DNA of 64,000 nucleotides, from the NCBI RefSeq assembly GCF_028641065.1, contig NC_073380.1, positions 16,678,001 through 16,742,000 of the forward strand, in the 5' to 3' direction. Each line of letters starts with the position of its first letter. The stretch's first letter is position 1. Made by a program: the position numbers and the translations under genes. Origin of the DNA: Leucoraja erinacea (lineage: Eukaryota). The notes under the pieces are model-generated. The model had not been told where the DNA came from and did no database searches. It worked only from the letters and a program-made list of their open reading frames with translations. This document shows, piece after piece, positions 1-11,500 of the stretch.

Positions 1-79
1 GAGTCACCCGGGGGGAGGATGTGGGAGCTGGAGAGCTCTACCAATATTCTGCGGAATATCTATAACAGGACTTACTGGA

Positions 80-1345
80 GCATGTTAGGGTGGATAAATC
101 CCCAGAGCCTGAATGTGATGTCAGAGCCAAGTATGCCAATGGAAGCAAGAGAGCAGATTGCTGAGGCACCGATGGAGATTTTCGGATTTTCCTTAGCCAC
201 AGGCAAGATACAAGAAAACTGGAGCATAGCTATTGTTGTCCAATTGTTCAAAAAGGGCAATAGGAATATCTGTAAACTGCAGTCTGGTGAGTCTTACAGC
301 AGTGGTAGGGGAGACGTTGATTCCAAGGGACAGGGTTTATGTTCAACGTAAAGGCAACGTTAAGTGTAGTCCGCATGGTTTTATGCAGGGGAGACCAAAT
401 TTCTCAAAACCGACTGAGATTTTCGAAGCAGTAACAAAGACAATTGATGATGGCAGAGTGGTAGATGTAATTTACATGCATTTTAGTAATGTATCTGATT
501 AGGCCCCCCATGGTTAGGTGGGTCCATGAAAATAAAGCCTGAGGGAACTGAGGCATGTTGACAAACAAGATCCAAAATTGGCTCGGCTTTGGGAGGTAGA
601 GGGTGCTGATGACAGATCATTTTTAGCCTGGATAGACACAAAAAGCTGGAGTATCTAAGCGGGCAGACAACATCTCTGGAGAAAAGGAAGAAGGGTTTGA
701 ATAAGGGTCTCGACCCGAAACGTCACCTATTCCTTTTCTCCAGCGATGCTGTCTGACCCACTGAGTTACTCCAGCTATATGTGTCTATCTTCAGTATAAA
801 CCAGCATCTGCAGTTCCTTCCTCCACATTTTTGGACTGGATGTCTAAACAAGTGATGTATCACAGATATCGGTGCTGGGATCTTTCCTGTTTGTAATGAA
901 CATAAATGACTTTGATGAGAATGGTGGTGGTCTGATTAGTAATTTTGCTGAGGGCAAGAAAATTGGTGGGGTTATAGGTAGCAAAGAAGGTTGTCCAAGG
1001 ATGCAGCGGGGCATAGATCAGTTGGAAAATTGGGCAGATCTGTGGCTGATGGAATCCAGATATATGTGGGTTAAATTCTGTAACGATATGCAGAGTAAAG
1101 GGCAGGGAGTTTCAGAGCATAGATATACAGAGTGACCTTGTGGCGTACGTCCATGGCTCCCTGAAAATGCCAACACAAGCGGACAGGGTAGTGATAAAGG
1201 TATTTAGTATGCTTGCCTTCAAAGGCACAACATTGGACTACTTAATAAGAGTCGGAACATCATATTGCAGCTGTACAAACATTAGTTTGACTGCACTTAA
1301 AAGTACAGGTAATTCTACTATAATGTTTGTTCCCATAACATGAAA
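80..1345 (+). mobile_element. Degenerate CR1-clade LINE ORF2 (RT) fragment, interrupted by a Penelope-like terminus at about 630-830
   Basis: Frameshifted peptides ENWSIAIVVQLFKKG, HGFMQGR, VDVIYMHFS, LFVMNINDFD..ISNFAE resemble CR1 RT motifs. Confidence 0.8.
630..828. mobile_element. Short inverted pair of Penelope-like terminal repeats with degenerate hammerhead core
   Basis: gatagacacaaaaagctggag...tctctggagaa is reverse-complementary to ttctccagcgatgctg...ctccagctatatgtgtctatc; contains GGGTCTCGACCCGAAACGTC (705-724). Confidence 0.7.
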
Positions 1346-1659
1346 TGGATATAATGCAAGTGATAAATTAGTGAACACTATCTACATTACATGGGACAAT
1401 TTGGTTATTATTTCAATTACACTTGGGAAATAGAGAACCAATTAAAAGTTACTTTGGAAACTGACATGCAGCGAAAAAGCTGTCTTGCATTTAAACAGCA
1501 TTGGGGGAAAAAACCCCGTTCCCATGTAACCTCCCCACAGTAATTGCAAGTCATTGTTTCTTAAGAATATAGTGGCTACATTGACTGTGGGGGGGACATT
1601 GAAATTGAAGAGCAATCACTTCTATTGACACTTGTGCAATGATACTCTATTGAAGTATC

Positions 1660-2472
1660 TAGAGTGTTTTACTGCTCTATGTCCCGAAAAGGAACACTGA
1701 AATTCTCACTTGCAGCAGCAGCAGCATGACACATTTGGAAACACAGTACTCAATTGATAATATAATAAACAACAAAAACTTCAATAAATAAAAAACCCAA
1801 TCTAGTACAAAATCAAACAAAGCCCAAAGTCTCTGGGTCAACGCAGGTAGTTCGTAGTTTAGAGTTTAGTTAGAGTTTGCAGTGTTCAATAGCCTGATGG
1901 TAGTTGGGAAGAAGCAGTTTCTGAAACTGGACATTACAGTTTTCAGATTCTTATTCCTTCTTCCTGATGGCAGGAGTGAAATGGGAGTGTTGCCTGGGTG
2001 GTGTGGATCTGTGACGATGCTGGCTATCTTTTTGAGAGCAGCTCTTATAGATCGCTTTGAAGGTGGGGAGGTCAGTGGACCGGGGCAGTGAACACCACTT
2101 TTTGTAACATCCTTTGTTCTTGAGCATTTGAGTTACAGAACCAGGCCTTGATGCAACCAGTCAATATGCTCTCTACTGTACACATGTAGAAGTTCAAGAA
2201 TGTATTCGTCGGCATACTGAATTTCCTCAATCTTCTAAGGAAGTAGAGGTATTTATGGCCTTTCTTTATGATTGCATCACTGTGCTGGGTCCAGGGCGGA
2301 TCTTCAGAGATATGCACGCCCAGGAACTTGAAATTGCTGACTCTCTCCACCACCAACCATTAATGAAGACAAGTTTGTGGATCCTTAGTATTCCACTTCG
2401 AAAGTGACCAATCAGTTCCTTGGTGTTACTGACATTGAGAGCAAGTTTGTTGTTCTGGCACCATTCAAACAT
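1660..2472 (-). mobile_element. Rex1/Babar-type LINE 3' fragment
   Basis: WCQNNKLALNVSNTKELI and VERVSNFKFLGVHISED...YLYFLRRLRKF...VESILTGCIKAWF, typical of the post-RT region. Confidence 0.8.
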
Positions 2473-2649
2473 AAACCTTTATGTTATAAAAACCTTTATT
2501 TTTTTAAACTCTGCAGGAAAAATAATTTTGTTATAGTGAGTCTAAGACCCTCTAGCCACTGACCCTATCAGACAGTCTTTATAATGCAATTTTCTATAAC
2601 ACAGGGTTTCTTAGGAATGCATCTATTGTGATATATCAGAACTACTAGT

Positions 2650-3085
2650 GCTGTGTATCATTCTGGTCACCATACTACAGCAAGGATGAAGCAGCAATAG
2701 GGTATTGGAAATTCACCAAAATGTTATCTGGCACGGAGGGCTGTACTTAGTGGACATCTGATAAGTCTTTTATTATCCTCATTGGAACATTTTGAGGGGC
2801 TCAGATAGTCAAATTATTTTACCAAGTAAAAAAAGTAAGTCTTAATCAGAATGGTATAGGTTTAATTTTAAGGAGATCTAAGGGATAACATTTTCACACA
2901 GAATTGTGAATATGTGGAATGAGATGACAAAGAAAGCTGTGGGTGCAGATACACTATAACGTTTAAAAGACATTTGAATATAGAAAAGTATGGATGGATA
3001 CAGACCTAATGGAGGCAAATGATATTAGCATCACAATCAGTGAATAAAAAGGGCCTGTTTCTGTGTTACATGGTTTTATGATTCT
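2650..3085 (+). mobile_element. CR1 3' end, degenerate
   Basis: ttctggtcaccatactacagcaaggat, ttttcacacagaattgtg, gggcctgtttctgtg and the tail resemble the other CR1 3' ends in the window. Confidence 0.7.
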
Positions 3086-3409
3086 CATTTACAGCATTCA
3101 GTACTCCTGATGTGGCCTCCTCTACATTGGTGAAACCAAGGGTAGACTGGGAGACTATTTTGCCGAATACTAGTGCTCAGTCCGCCTGGGCCTGCTAGAT
3201 CTCCAGTTAGATAACCATTTTAACAGCCTTTCCCATTCCCACACCAACCTTTCTATCCTGGGCTTCCTTCATTGCCAGAGTGAGGTCACCTGCAAACTGG
3301 ATTACAGCACCCACATATTCTGCTTGGGGAGCAAATAACATCCAATGGTATGGATGTTGAATTCACTGATTTTAAGTAACTACTTATTCCACCCCCCTCG
3401 CCCTTCTCT

Positions 3410-3700
3410 CCCCCCCACGCCTCAACAAGCCCCCTCTCCCCTGTGCCCCTCCTAGATACACCTATTCTCCCCCCCCCCCATCAACAAGCCCCCTCTCCCC
3501 TGTGCCCCACCTAGAAACACCTATTTCTCCCCTCCCCCCCCAACAAGCCCCCTCTACCCAGTGCCCCCTACTCCTATTTCTTCCCCCCCCATCAACAAGC
3601 CCCCTCCTCTGCACCCCACCTAGATACACCTATTTCTCCCCCTCCCCCCCATCAACAAGCCCCCTCCTCTGCGCCCCATCTAGATACACATATTTCTCCC
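3410..3700. repeat. C-rich minisatellite, about 5 copies of a ~58-nt unit
   Basis: ccccccatcaacaagccccctctcccctgtgccccacctagatacacctatttctcc recurs near 3411, 3471, 3531, 3586, 3645. Confidence 0.9.
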
Positions 3701-3959
3701 CTCTTCCTTCCACCTACGTTCTTTCTTCCAGCTTTACGTTTTCAAACTCTTCAACCCATCTTTCTCACACCTTGTGTCTTTGCATCTCTGTCCTTTGTCC
3801 ATCATCTGCCTATCAAAGACCCCCTACCTATATCATCCACTTGCCTAGCCTCTCTTCCAGCACTCTTTCTCCCCCTTCCCCCCCAAAATGCATTTGAAGA
3901 AGGGTCCTGACCCAAAATGTCACCTATCCATGTTCTCCAGAGATGCTACTTGCCCGACA

Positions 3960-4238
3960 GGGCACGGTGGTGTAGCAGTACAGCTACTGCCTTACAGCGT
4001 CAAATACCTGGGTTTGATCCTGACAATGGGTGCTTGTCTGTACGGTGTTAGTACGTTCTCCCCATGAGTTTTCTCTGAGACCTTCGGTTTCCTCCCACAT
4101 TCCAGACGTATAGGTTTGTAGGATAATTGGTTTTGTATAATTGTATGAATGTAAAATTGTCCCTAGTGTGTGTAGGGTAGTGTTACTGTGTAGTGATCGC
4201 TGGTCGGTGCGGACTCTGTGCTGTATCTCTAAATTAAA
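3960..4238 (+). mobile_element. tRNA-derived V-SINE (HE1-like)
   Basis: tRNA-like head ggcacggtggtgtagc...gggtttgatcct (A/B-box-like), core ggtttcctcccacattccagac, CR1-like tail tgctgtatctctaaa. Confidence 0.85.
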
Positions 4239-5723
4239 CCCGCTGAGTTACTCCAAAACTGCGTCAGTTTGCAAACCTGCATCTGCAGTTCCTTACGACC
4301 ACCTATCACTTGCAAGGCTTTTCCCTTTTCTTGCCTCTTTTCTAGCTTTCTCCCCCCCCCCCCCCCCCCTAATACAATCTGAAGAAGCACCCCAACCTGA
4401 ACCATCTGTATGTTTCAAGGTAGTTATGGAGAAGGATTAGGATTGTCCACTAAATTGGAGGAGAAACAATTTCAACAACGCAAGACGGCACCTGGCAAAA
4501 GTAAATTGGCAGCAGCTGCTTGTGGGTAAAACAACATCTAAGAACTGGAACTGTGGGAGCTCAGGACAATCTGTTACCATGAGGTTGAAAGGTAAGGATG
4601 GGAAAATTAGTGAGCCCAGGATGACGAGCAATGTTGAGAAGTTGAAGGAGAAAAAAGGAAGCTTATTATGGGCATTGGCAACTAGAATCCCTTTGAGGAA
4701 CATAGATAATACAGGACAGTACTTAAAAAGAAGATTTGGACAGCATAAAAGGGCCACGAAGTATCATTTGAAAGTACAAGTAAGACCAAGTTATTCTCTA
4801 AATATGTTGAGAAGAGTCACAGGGTGAAGAGTAGGGATAAGAGTTGCAATCTGTGTGTGGACCAGATATGTGAGGCAATGTCCTAAATTAATACATCTCA
4901 TCCATAATGACGAAGGACATGCTTGAGGAAGCATTCAGGGCATGGAATGGTGGTAATCTGGTGCATGTTAGCATTAGAAAGGAACGTTTTGTACGAATAA
5001 TGGTGGATATTTGCCATGGGACCAAGGAGGTGCATCTCAGATAGCTGTCGGAGGCAAGAGAGGAGATTGCTGGATCATCTTTAGCTGTTGATGAAGTACT
5101 GGATTACTGGAGAGAACAAATGTTGTTCCTTTATTCAATAATCAAGTTTGTGGTTCTCACATGATAGGAGGAGAAATTTTTCAAAGGGATAGAATTTATC
5201 TTTACATGCAAAGCCTGGGATTGATTAGTGTTTTTCATAGGAAATTCTGTCTCACTCATTTGATATATTATTTAATAGGTTTCTTCACATATTGACATAT
5301 GAAGTGGTATGTCTTGCCTACATGGGCTTTAGTGAGGCCTTTGACAAGATCCGGGACATTTGGGTACTCCACAATGTTATAGCACAGGACATTCAGAGCA
5401 GGCTTCCAAATTAGATCTAAAACTGGCTTGGTAATAGTGGCCGAGTGTGGTGGTCAAGGGGATGCTTTTTCAATTTGAAATCTGTGATTAGTGGTGTTTG
5501 CCATATACAGTGCATTAGGAAAGTATTCAGGCCCCTTCATTTCTTCCACATTTTGTTATGTTACAGCCTTATTCTAAAATGGATTAAAACCATTTTTTTA
5601 TCATCAATCTACACATAATACCCCATAATAATAAAGTGAAAACTGGTGTTTAGAAATTTTTGCAAAATAATTAAAAAGAAATAACTGAAATATCACATTT
5701 ATTTAAGTATTCAGACCCTTTAC

Positions 5724-6884
5724 TCAGTAATTTGTTGAGGCATCTTTGGCAGCGATTACAGCCTCAAGTCTTCTTGGGTATGACGCTACAAACTTGGCAC
5801 ACCTGTGTTTGGTAATTTCTCCCATTCTTCTCTGCAGGTCCTCCCAAGCTCTGTCAGGTTGGATGGGGAGCGTCGATGCACAGCTATTTTCAGGTCCCTC
5901 CAGAGATGTTCGATCGGGTTCAAGTCCGGGCTCTGGCTGGGCCACTCAAGGACATTCACAGACTTGTCACAAAGCCACTCCTGCATTGTCTTGGCTGTGT
6001 GCTTAGGGTCGTTGTCCTGTTGGAAGGTGAACCTCTGCCCCAGTCTGAGGTCCAGAATGCTCTGGAGCAGGTTTTCATCAAGGATCTCTCTGTACTTTGC
6101 TCCGTTCATCTTTCCCTCGGTCCTGACTAGTCTCCCAGTTCCTGCCGCTGAAAAACATCCCCACAGCATGATGCTGCAACCACCATGCTTCACCGTAGGT
6201 ATGGTATTGGCTAGGTGATGAGCGGTGCCTGGTTTCCTCCAGACGTGACTCTTGGAATTTAGACCAAAGAGTTCAATCTTGGTTTCATCAGACCAGAGAA
6301 TCTTGTTTAGAGAGCTAGATAGGGCTCTTAAAGATAGCGGAGTCAGGGGATATGGGGCGAAGGCAGGAATGGGGTACTGATTGTGGATGATCAGCCATGA
6401 TCACACTGAATGGCGGTGCTGGCTCGAAGGGCCGAATGACCTACTCCTGTACCTATTGTCAATTGTGTATTGTCTATGCCTTTTGGAAAACTCCAAGTGG
6501 GCTGTCATTTGCCTTTTACTGAGGAGTGGCTTCCGTCTGGCCACTCTACCATAAAGGCCTGATTGGTGCAGTGCTGCAGATATAGTTGTCCTTCCGGAAG
6601 GTTCCCCCATCTCCACTGAGGAACTCTGGTGCTCTGTCAGAGTGACCATCGGGTTCTTGATCACCTCCCTGACCAAGGCCCTTCCCCCCCCGATTGCTCA
6701 GTTTGGCCGGGCGGCCAGCTCTATGAACAGTCCAGGTGGTTCCAAAGTTCTTCCATTTAAGAATGACGGAGGCCACTGTGTTCATCGGGACCTTTAATGC
6801 TGCAGAAATTGTTTATACCCTTCCCCAGATCTGTCTTAACACAATCCTGTCTCGGAGGTCTACGGAAAATTCCTTCGCCTTCAT
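5724..6884 (-). pseudogene. Tc1 transposase pseudogene (frameshifts, CR1 insertion)
   Basis: [39 protein letters not shown]...[11 protein letters not shown] with 34 residues between D and E. Confidence 0.92.
6308..6477 (+). mobile_element. Short CR1 3' fragment inserted in the Tc1 transposase
   Basis: gatcagccatgatcacactgaatggcggtgctggctcgaagggccgaatgacctactcctg plus (attgtct)-like tail; same family as 60912-61091 and 41245-41560. Confidence 0.9.
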
Positions 6885-7454
6885 GGCTTGGTTTTTGCTC
6901 TGACATGCACAGTCAACTGTGGGACCTTATATAGACAGGCATGTGCCTTTCCAAATCATGCCCAATCAATTTAATTTACCACTGGTGGACTCCAATCAAG
7001 TTGTAGAAACATCTCAAGGATAATCAATGGAAACAGGATGAATCCAAGCTCAATTTTGAATGTCATAGCAAAGTTATTTATTTTTAATTACTTTGCAAAC
7101 ATTTTTAAATACCTGTTATTGCTTCTTCATTCTGGGGTATTGTGTGTAGATTGATGATAAAAAAAATGAATTTAATCAATTTCAAAATAAGGCTGTAACA
7201 TAACAAAATGTGGAAAAAGTGAAGGGGTCTGAATATTTTCTGAATGCACTGCACATTAACTATTTGCAAGTGAATGCAAGTGGATGTCTAAGGCAACGGC
7301 ATGATATATTTTAGCTGCAAGGTTGGATGGGGCAATGGCAAATGGAGTTTAATCCAGACAAATGTGGATTGATTTCCAAACTCTTCTTATAGCTGTAACT
7401 CTCTAACCTAAGTCCATGGGTCTCTGCTTGAAACAAGCAAAGAAACAATCAGAG

Positions 7455-7940
7455 AAACAAAGAAATGCAGATGCTAGTTTACAAAAAGAAGGCACAAAGT
7501 TATGGAGTAACACAGCAAGGTCAGGCAGTATCGCTGGAAAACATAGGAGTTGTTTTGGGTGAGGACCCTTCTTCAGACTGATTGTGATGGAGGGGGGAAA
7601 AAAGCTGGAAGAGAGGAGGGCAGGACAAAATCTGGCAAATGACAGGTGAGTGAGGTTTTTGATAGGCAAAGGTCGGACAAAGGCCACCGATGTCAAGACA
7701 TAATGTGTGAGGCTAGGATAAAAAACCAGAGGGAGGAATGTTGGTGAGGGGAGGCGAGAAATTGGTGTGAGCCCAGGTGGGGCACAAGGAAGAGAGGGGT
7801 TGGAAGGAGGAGGGATGGGTATAGGTTAGTTATCTAAAATTGGAGTATTCAATGTTCATGCTGTTGGGTTGTAAGCGACCCCAAGCGGAATATAAAACAA
7901 GCATGTGGGATGCTGGCACATGACCGTTCAAGGTGGAGGG
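7455..7940 (-). mobile_element. Penelope-like 3' terminus
   Basis: Reverse complement of the 3090-4410 family, including cacaatcagtCTGAAGAAGGGTCCTCACCC. Confidence 0.7.
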
Positions 7941-8508
7941 AAACAAAGGACAGGTTGCAAACCTTGAGTTTACGCACTGGGAGCGCACAAAAGCTCTATG
8001 TAAATGGCAGTAAGAATATGCCATCTCACAAACTCCACAGGCATGTGCCCTATCAGAGACCTGTGGAAAAGTTTGTCTGTTCAGTCAGCTCAGAACCCAC
8101 AAACAAGTCAAGTCAAGTCAAACATGGAAGCAAGTCATGCTCAACCCTGAGGGCTGTGAAGGATGAAGAAACATTCTCTGGCGTTTCCCAGTTATGCTAC
8201 CTTCCAGTCTGCCATTTGAAGGTTATGCATTTTCTCTGTGAATTTGTTTGGTTTTCCAGCTGCAGTAAAAAGCTACATTCACCACAGTTGACGATTATTT
8301 GGGCTAAATATTGATTGTTACATTTGGTACAACATTTAATCAAATAGAAGCAATTATACATGTATAAATAATATAATACTGATTCCCAAAGTTCATTCCA
8401 GAAGGTAACTAAATGTAAGGTAAACCCCAGGTGGTTACAGCTTACAGGTAGAATGTAAGTTGTTCTATCATGATTCACCTGCGATACAAGTTATTTGAGC
8501 TCACTCAC

Positions 8509-8565
8509 CAGTGCCTCAATCCGTGGACAGTGAATCGATAACTGAATCAACGTGTTGTCTGTGAT
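8509..8565 (-). CDS. FBXL2: FBXL2 exon, 57 nt (ITDNTLIQLSIHCPRIEAL)
   Basis: tgtgtttctccacag|ATC ... CTG|gtgagt; phase 0-0; next expected exon (SLSHCELITDDG...) not seen in 1-8508. Confidence 0.95.
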
Positions 8566-11500
8566 CTGTGGAGAAACACATTTGTTATTGAAACTATTTG
8601 TCTTCCACCAACCAATTTACAAATATAATGGGCTGGGTTCAGACTGCCTACTTGGAATCACTACCCACCGTTACCTAGGCTAGATGCAAAGGGATGAACC
8701 TGCCGAATCACCCATCAGAGTCCAGCTTAATCGAAATGGCAACAGAGCATCGGATGGCGCAAGTCATGGGTCTGACACACCTCTCATCATCATTAAAACC
8801 CAACAAGACTGGGGCAAAACACTACCAAAAGCAGATGGCGGCATTTATTTTAATAGATTTTAAACAATTGTGAGAATCAAATTGGAATAATTCAAAACAA
8901 TTTAAAATGTTACCAAAAAGCAAAACTAAAAATTAAATGAATATTTAAGAAATCAAAAACAATTTAGCAAAGTAAATTAACGCCACCTTAATCTTCACCA
9001 TATCCTGCAAATGGTGAGGTAATTCTCCAGCACAGTGCTCCACAGTTAGCAAACAGACAGATCAGGCTCTATTAATCTCTCAATATGTCTCATATTTCAC
9101 AGTATAGAACATAGAAGTACAGCACTAGAACAGACCCTTTGGCCTACAATGTCTGCCGAACATGATGCCAGGTTTAGTTTAGAGATACAGCATGGAAACA
9201 GACCCTTTGGCCCACTCAGTCCATGCTGACCATCGATCACCCGTTCACACTAGTTCTATGTTATCTCACTTTCACTCCACTCCCTACACACTAAGGGGAA
9301 TTTACAGAGGCCAATTAATCTATAAATCCGCGCATTTTGGGAATGTGGGAGGAAACAGGATCACCTGGTGGAATCCCACGCAGTCACAGATAGCAGCCGG
9401 GTCTCTGGCGCTGTGAGGCAGCAGTTCTACCAGCTGCACCACTGTACTGCCCTAATCTAAATTCCTCTGCCTACACATAATCCGTATCCCTCCATACGCT
9501 GCATTAGGATTCTCCTTAATGTTATCTGCAGAGCTATCTCCTGTCCACTTCTTGCCATCCCGATTTCTTTCTTAAGTATGCTCCTCAATCCCCTAAACTC
9601 CTCCAGTGATATAGTTGATCAAAGATGCCTATACGTGGCCGATGTCTCTTTTTTCCTGACCAGAGCCTCAATTTCTCTCATCAGCTGGGATTCCTTACTT
9701 CCAGCTGCCTTGCTCTTCACTCTAATAGGTCGTCCCTTTGCCCATGAACATCCTACTTCAATCAGCCGTAGGAAGATCCTGTCTAATACCATCAAAATTG
9801 GCCTAGCTCCAAATCAGAATCTTAACTTGTGGGCTTACCCTGCCCTTATCCATATATATTGTAAAGCTAATAGAACTGTGGTCGCTGTTCCCAAATTGCT
9901 TGCCCACTGACACTTCAGTTACTTGCCTTTCCCAATTTCCTAAACTTTGCCCTCTCCCATGTGGGGCCCACTACATATTGCCTGAGGAAACGTTCCTGAA
10001 CACATTTGACAAATTCTACCCCTTCTAAGCCTTTGGCACTATGACAGCACCAGTGAATATCGGGAAATTTTAAATCCTGTAGCGGCACCAAACGTGGTCA
10101 GGAAAAGGCCAGACGCCGTCAGGTTTAAACAGCAGTTTTATTCAGGTGTTACATGTACGTTTGGTCCGCTAACGTAATTGTCATTGCTGCTGTAGCTGAG
10201 CGAGGATGTTCTCTCGGGCTCAGCTACCTGTTGACTCCCCAGATCTCAAGGTGAGATAAGCTTAAGTAACAGGACATTCCCCCTAGCCCATGACCTCACG
10301 TGCCAGCCCTTGTAGCTACCGACGAGTGTTCGACCAGAAGTGGTCTGTGTATCAGCTGATGCCACAGGACCCCCCCAAGAACCGGAGGAAGGAATAGAAT
10401 GGTCGAGGGCGGCTCCTGCATGTGGGTCGGGGACACCCCGGGCGTGGGTGGGGACGGAGGGCCCTGCGGGCGCAGTCGACGCTCCGGCTGTGGGCGATCC
10501 CGAGGTATGCCGAGGGGTGTGAGGAGACCAATGCAGAGCCGCCAGACGGAAGAGGCACAATCGTATCTCCTCAACCAGCTAAGGGATCGTGTCCTGAGAA
10601 ATACGGCCCCCAGCAACGGCTGGGAGACGTCGGCAACAATGAAGAAAAAACTAAATAAAATAAATAAACTGATTGCTAAACCTGGCGTGGTGATACAGTG
10701 TAAACAAAGTGAAAAGAAACAAAACAAACTAAAGTGAGCAATCACGTGCAAAGTGGTAGGTAGGTTCAAATTGTCCAGTGTCCATGGTGCAGGATGGGAA
10801 GCTGTGCTGGAAAACCAGAGGTTGCAGTGACAGCCTCCGACCTGAATGAGGCGCTGTTGCCGGTGGTCAGGCTGCAGGGACGGCATCCGGCTGGAAGGTG
10901 GCGCTGTGGACGGCGGTCAGCGGCCGCAGCCTCTCAGCTCCGGTGGTCGGCTCCGGGCAGGTCATTCGGGAGTGCTTGATGGCCGACACACAAGGACTGT
11001 GACTGGACCGCACTCCTTGACCCGGGCGGCCTGCGACATACCTTAGGATAGGGACGGGTTGGCGGCAGCGTCGTTCTGCAGGGCTGGGTAATCGGCTGCA
11101 GACATCAGGTCTCCCGAGGCTGCGAGCGTCGGGAGAAATCCAAATTTCCAATTTGGATAGTCGGGGTCACCAATGTAGTGGCACCAAACGTGGTCAGGAA
11201 AAGGCCAGACGTTGGGCAGGTTCAAACAGTAGTTTTATTCAGGTGTTACATGTAAGTTTGGTCCGCTAACGTAATTGTCATTGCTGCTGTGGCTGAGCGA
11301 GGGTGTTCTCTCGAGCTCAGCTACCTGTTGACTCCCCAGATCTAAAGGTGAAATAAGCTTAAGTAGCAGGACCCTCCCCCTAGCCCATGACGTCACGTGC
11401 CAGCCCTCATAGCTACTGATGAGGGTTCGACCGTAGTCTCCCATGACTAATTTTTACTGCACAGTAGTTAATTCTTTCTCTGCAAAATTATGAAGTGCTT

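Larger units (their letters stand above)
3090..4410 (+). mobile_element. Penelope-like element 3' part (GIY-YIG remnant plus terminal repeat), interrupted by a minisatellite and a SINE
   Basis: ctctacattggtgaaaccaag (LYIGETK), agataaccattttaac, terminal tgaagaagggtcctgacccaaaatgtcacc. Confidence 0.75.
5508..7251 (-). mobile_element. Full-length Tc1 (DD34E, IR-DR type) DNA transposon
   Basis: Left TA|cagtgcattaggaaagtattcaggcccc, right ggggtctgaatattttctgaatgcactg|ca; ~200-nt inverted repeats; inner direct repeat aagtattcagaccc near 5705. Confidence 0.95.
4410..7380 (+). mobile_element. Degenerate CR1 ORF2, split by the Tc1 insertion
   Basis: CR1-like sequence both sides; flanks rejoin as tttgccata-ta-cattaac (F.IYIN motif) when the Tc1 is removed. 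Confidence 0.7.

Noticed and set aside
3410-3700. CRISPR-like array
   Set aside because: Units are contiguous tandem repeats without unique spacers; eukaryotic context, no cas genes
3960-4030. tRNA gene (also near 38920)
   Set aside because: Degenerate tRNA-like SINE head continuing into SINE core and LINE-derived tail; no intact cloverleaf
8201-8259. Possible 59-nt cassette/poison exon downstream of the last FBXL2 exon (tttttactgcag ... AAG|gtagca)
   Set aside because: Weak donor, frameshifting length, no LRR similarity; not supportable without RNA-seq
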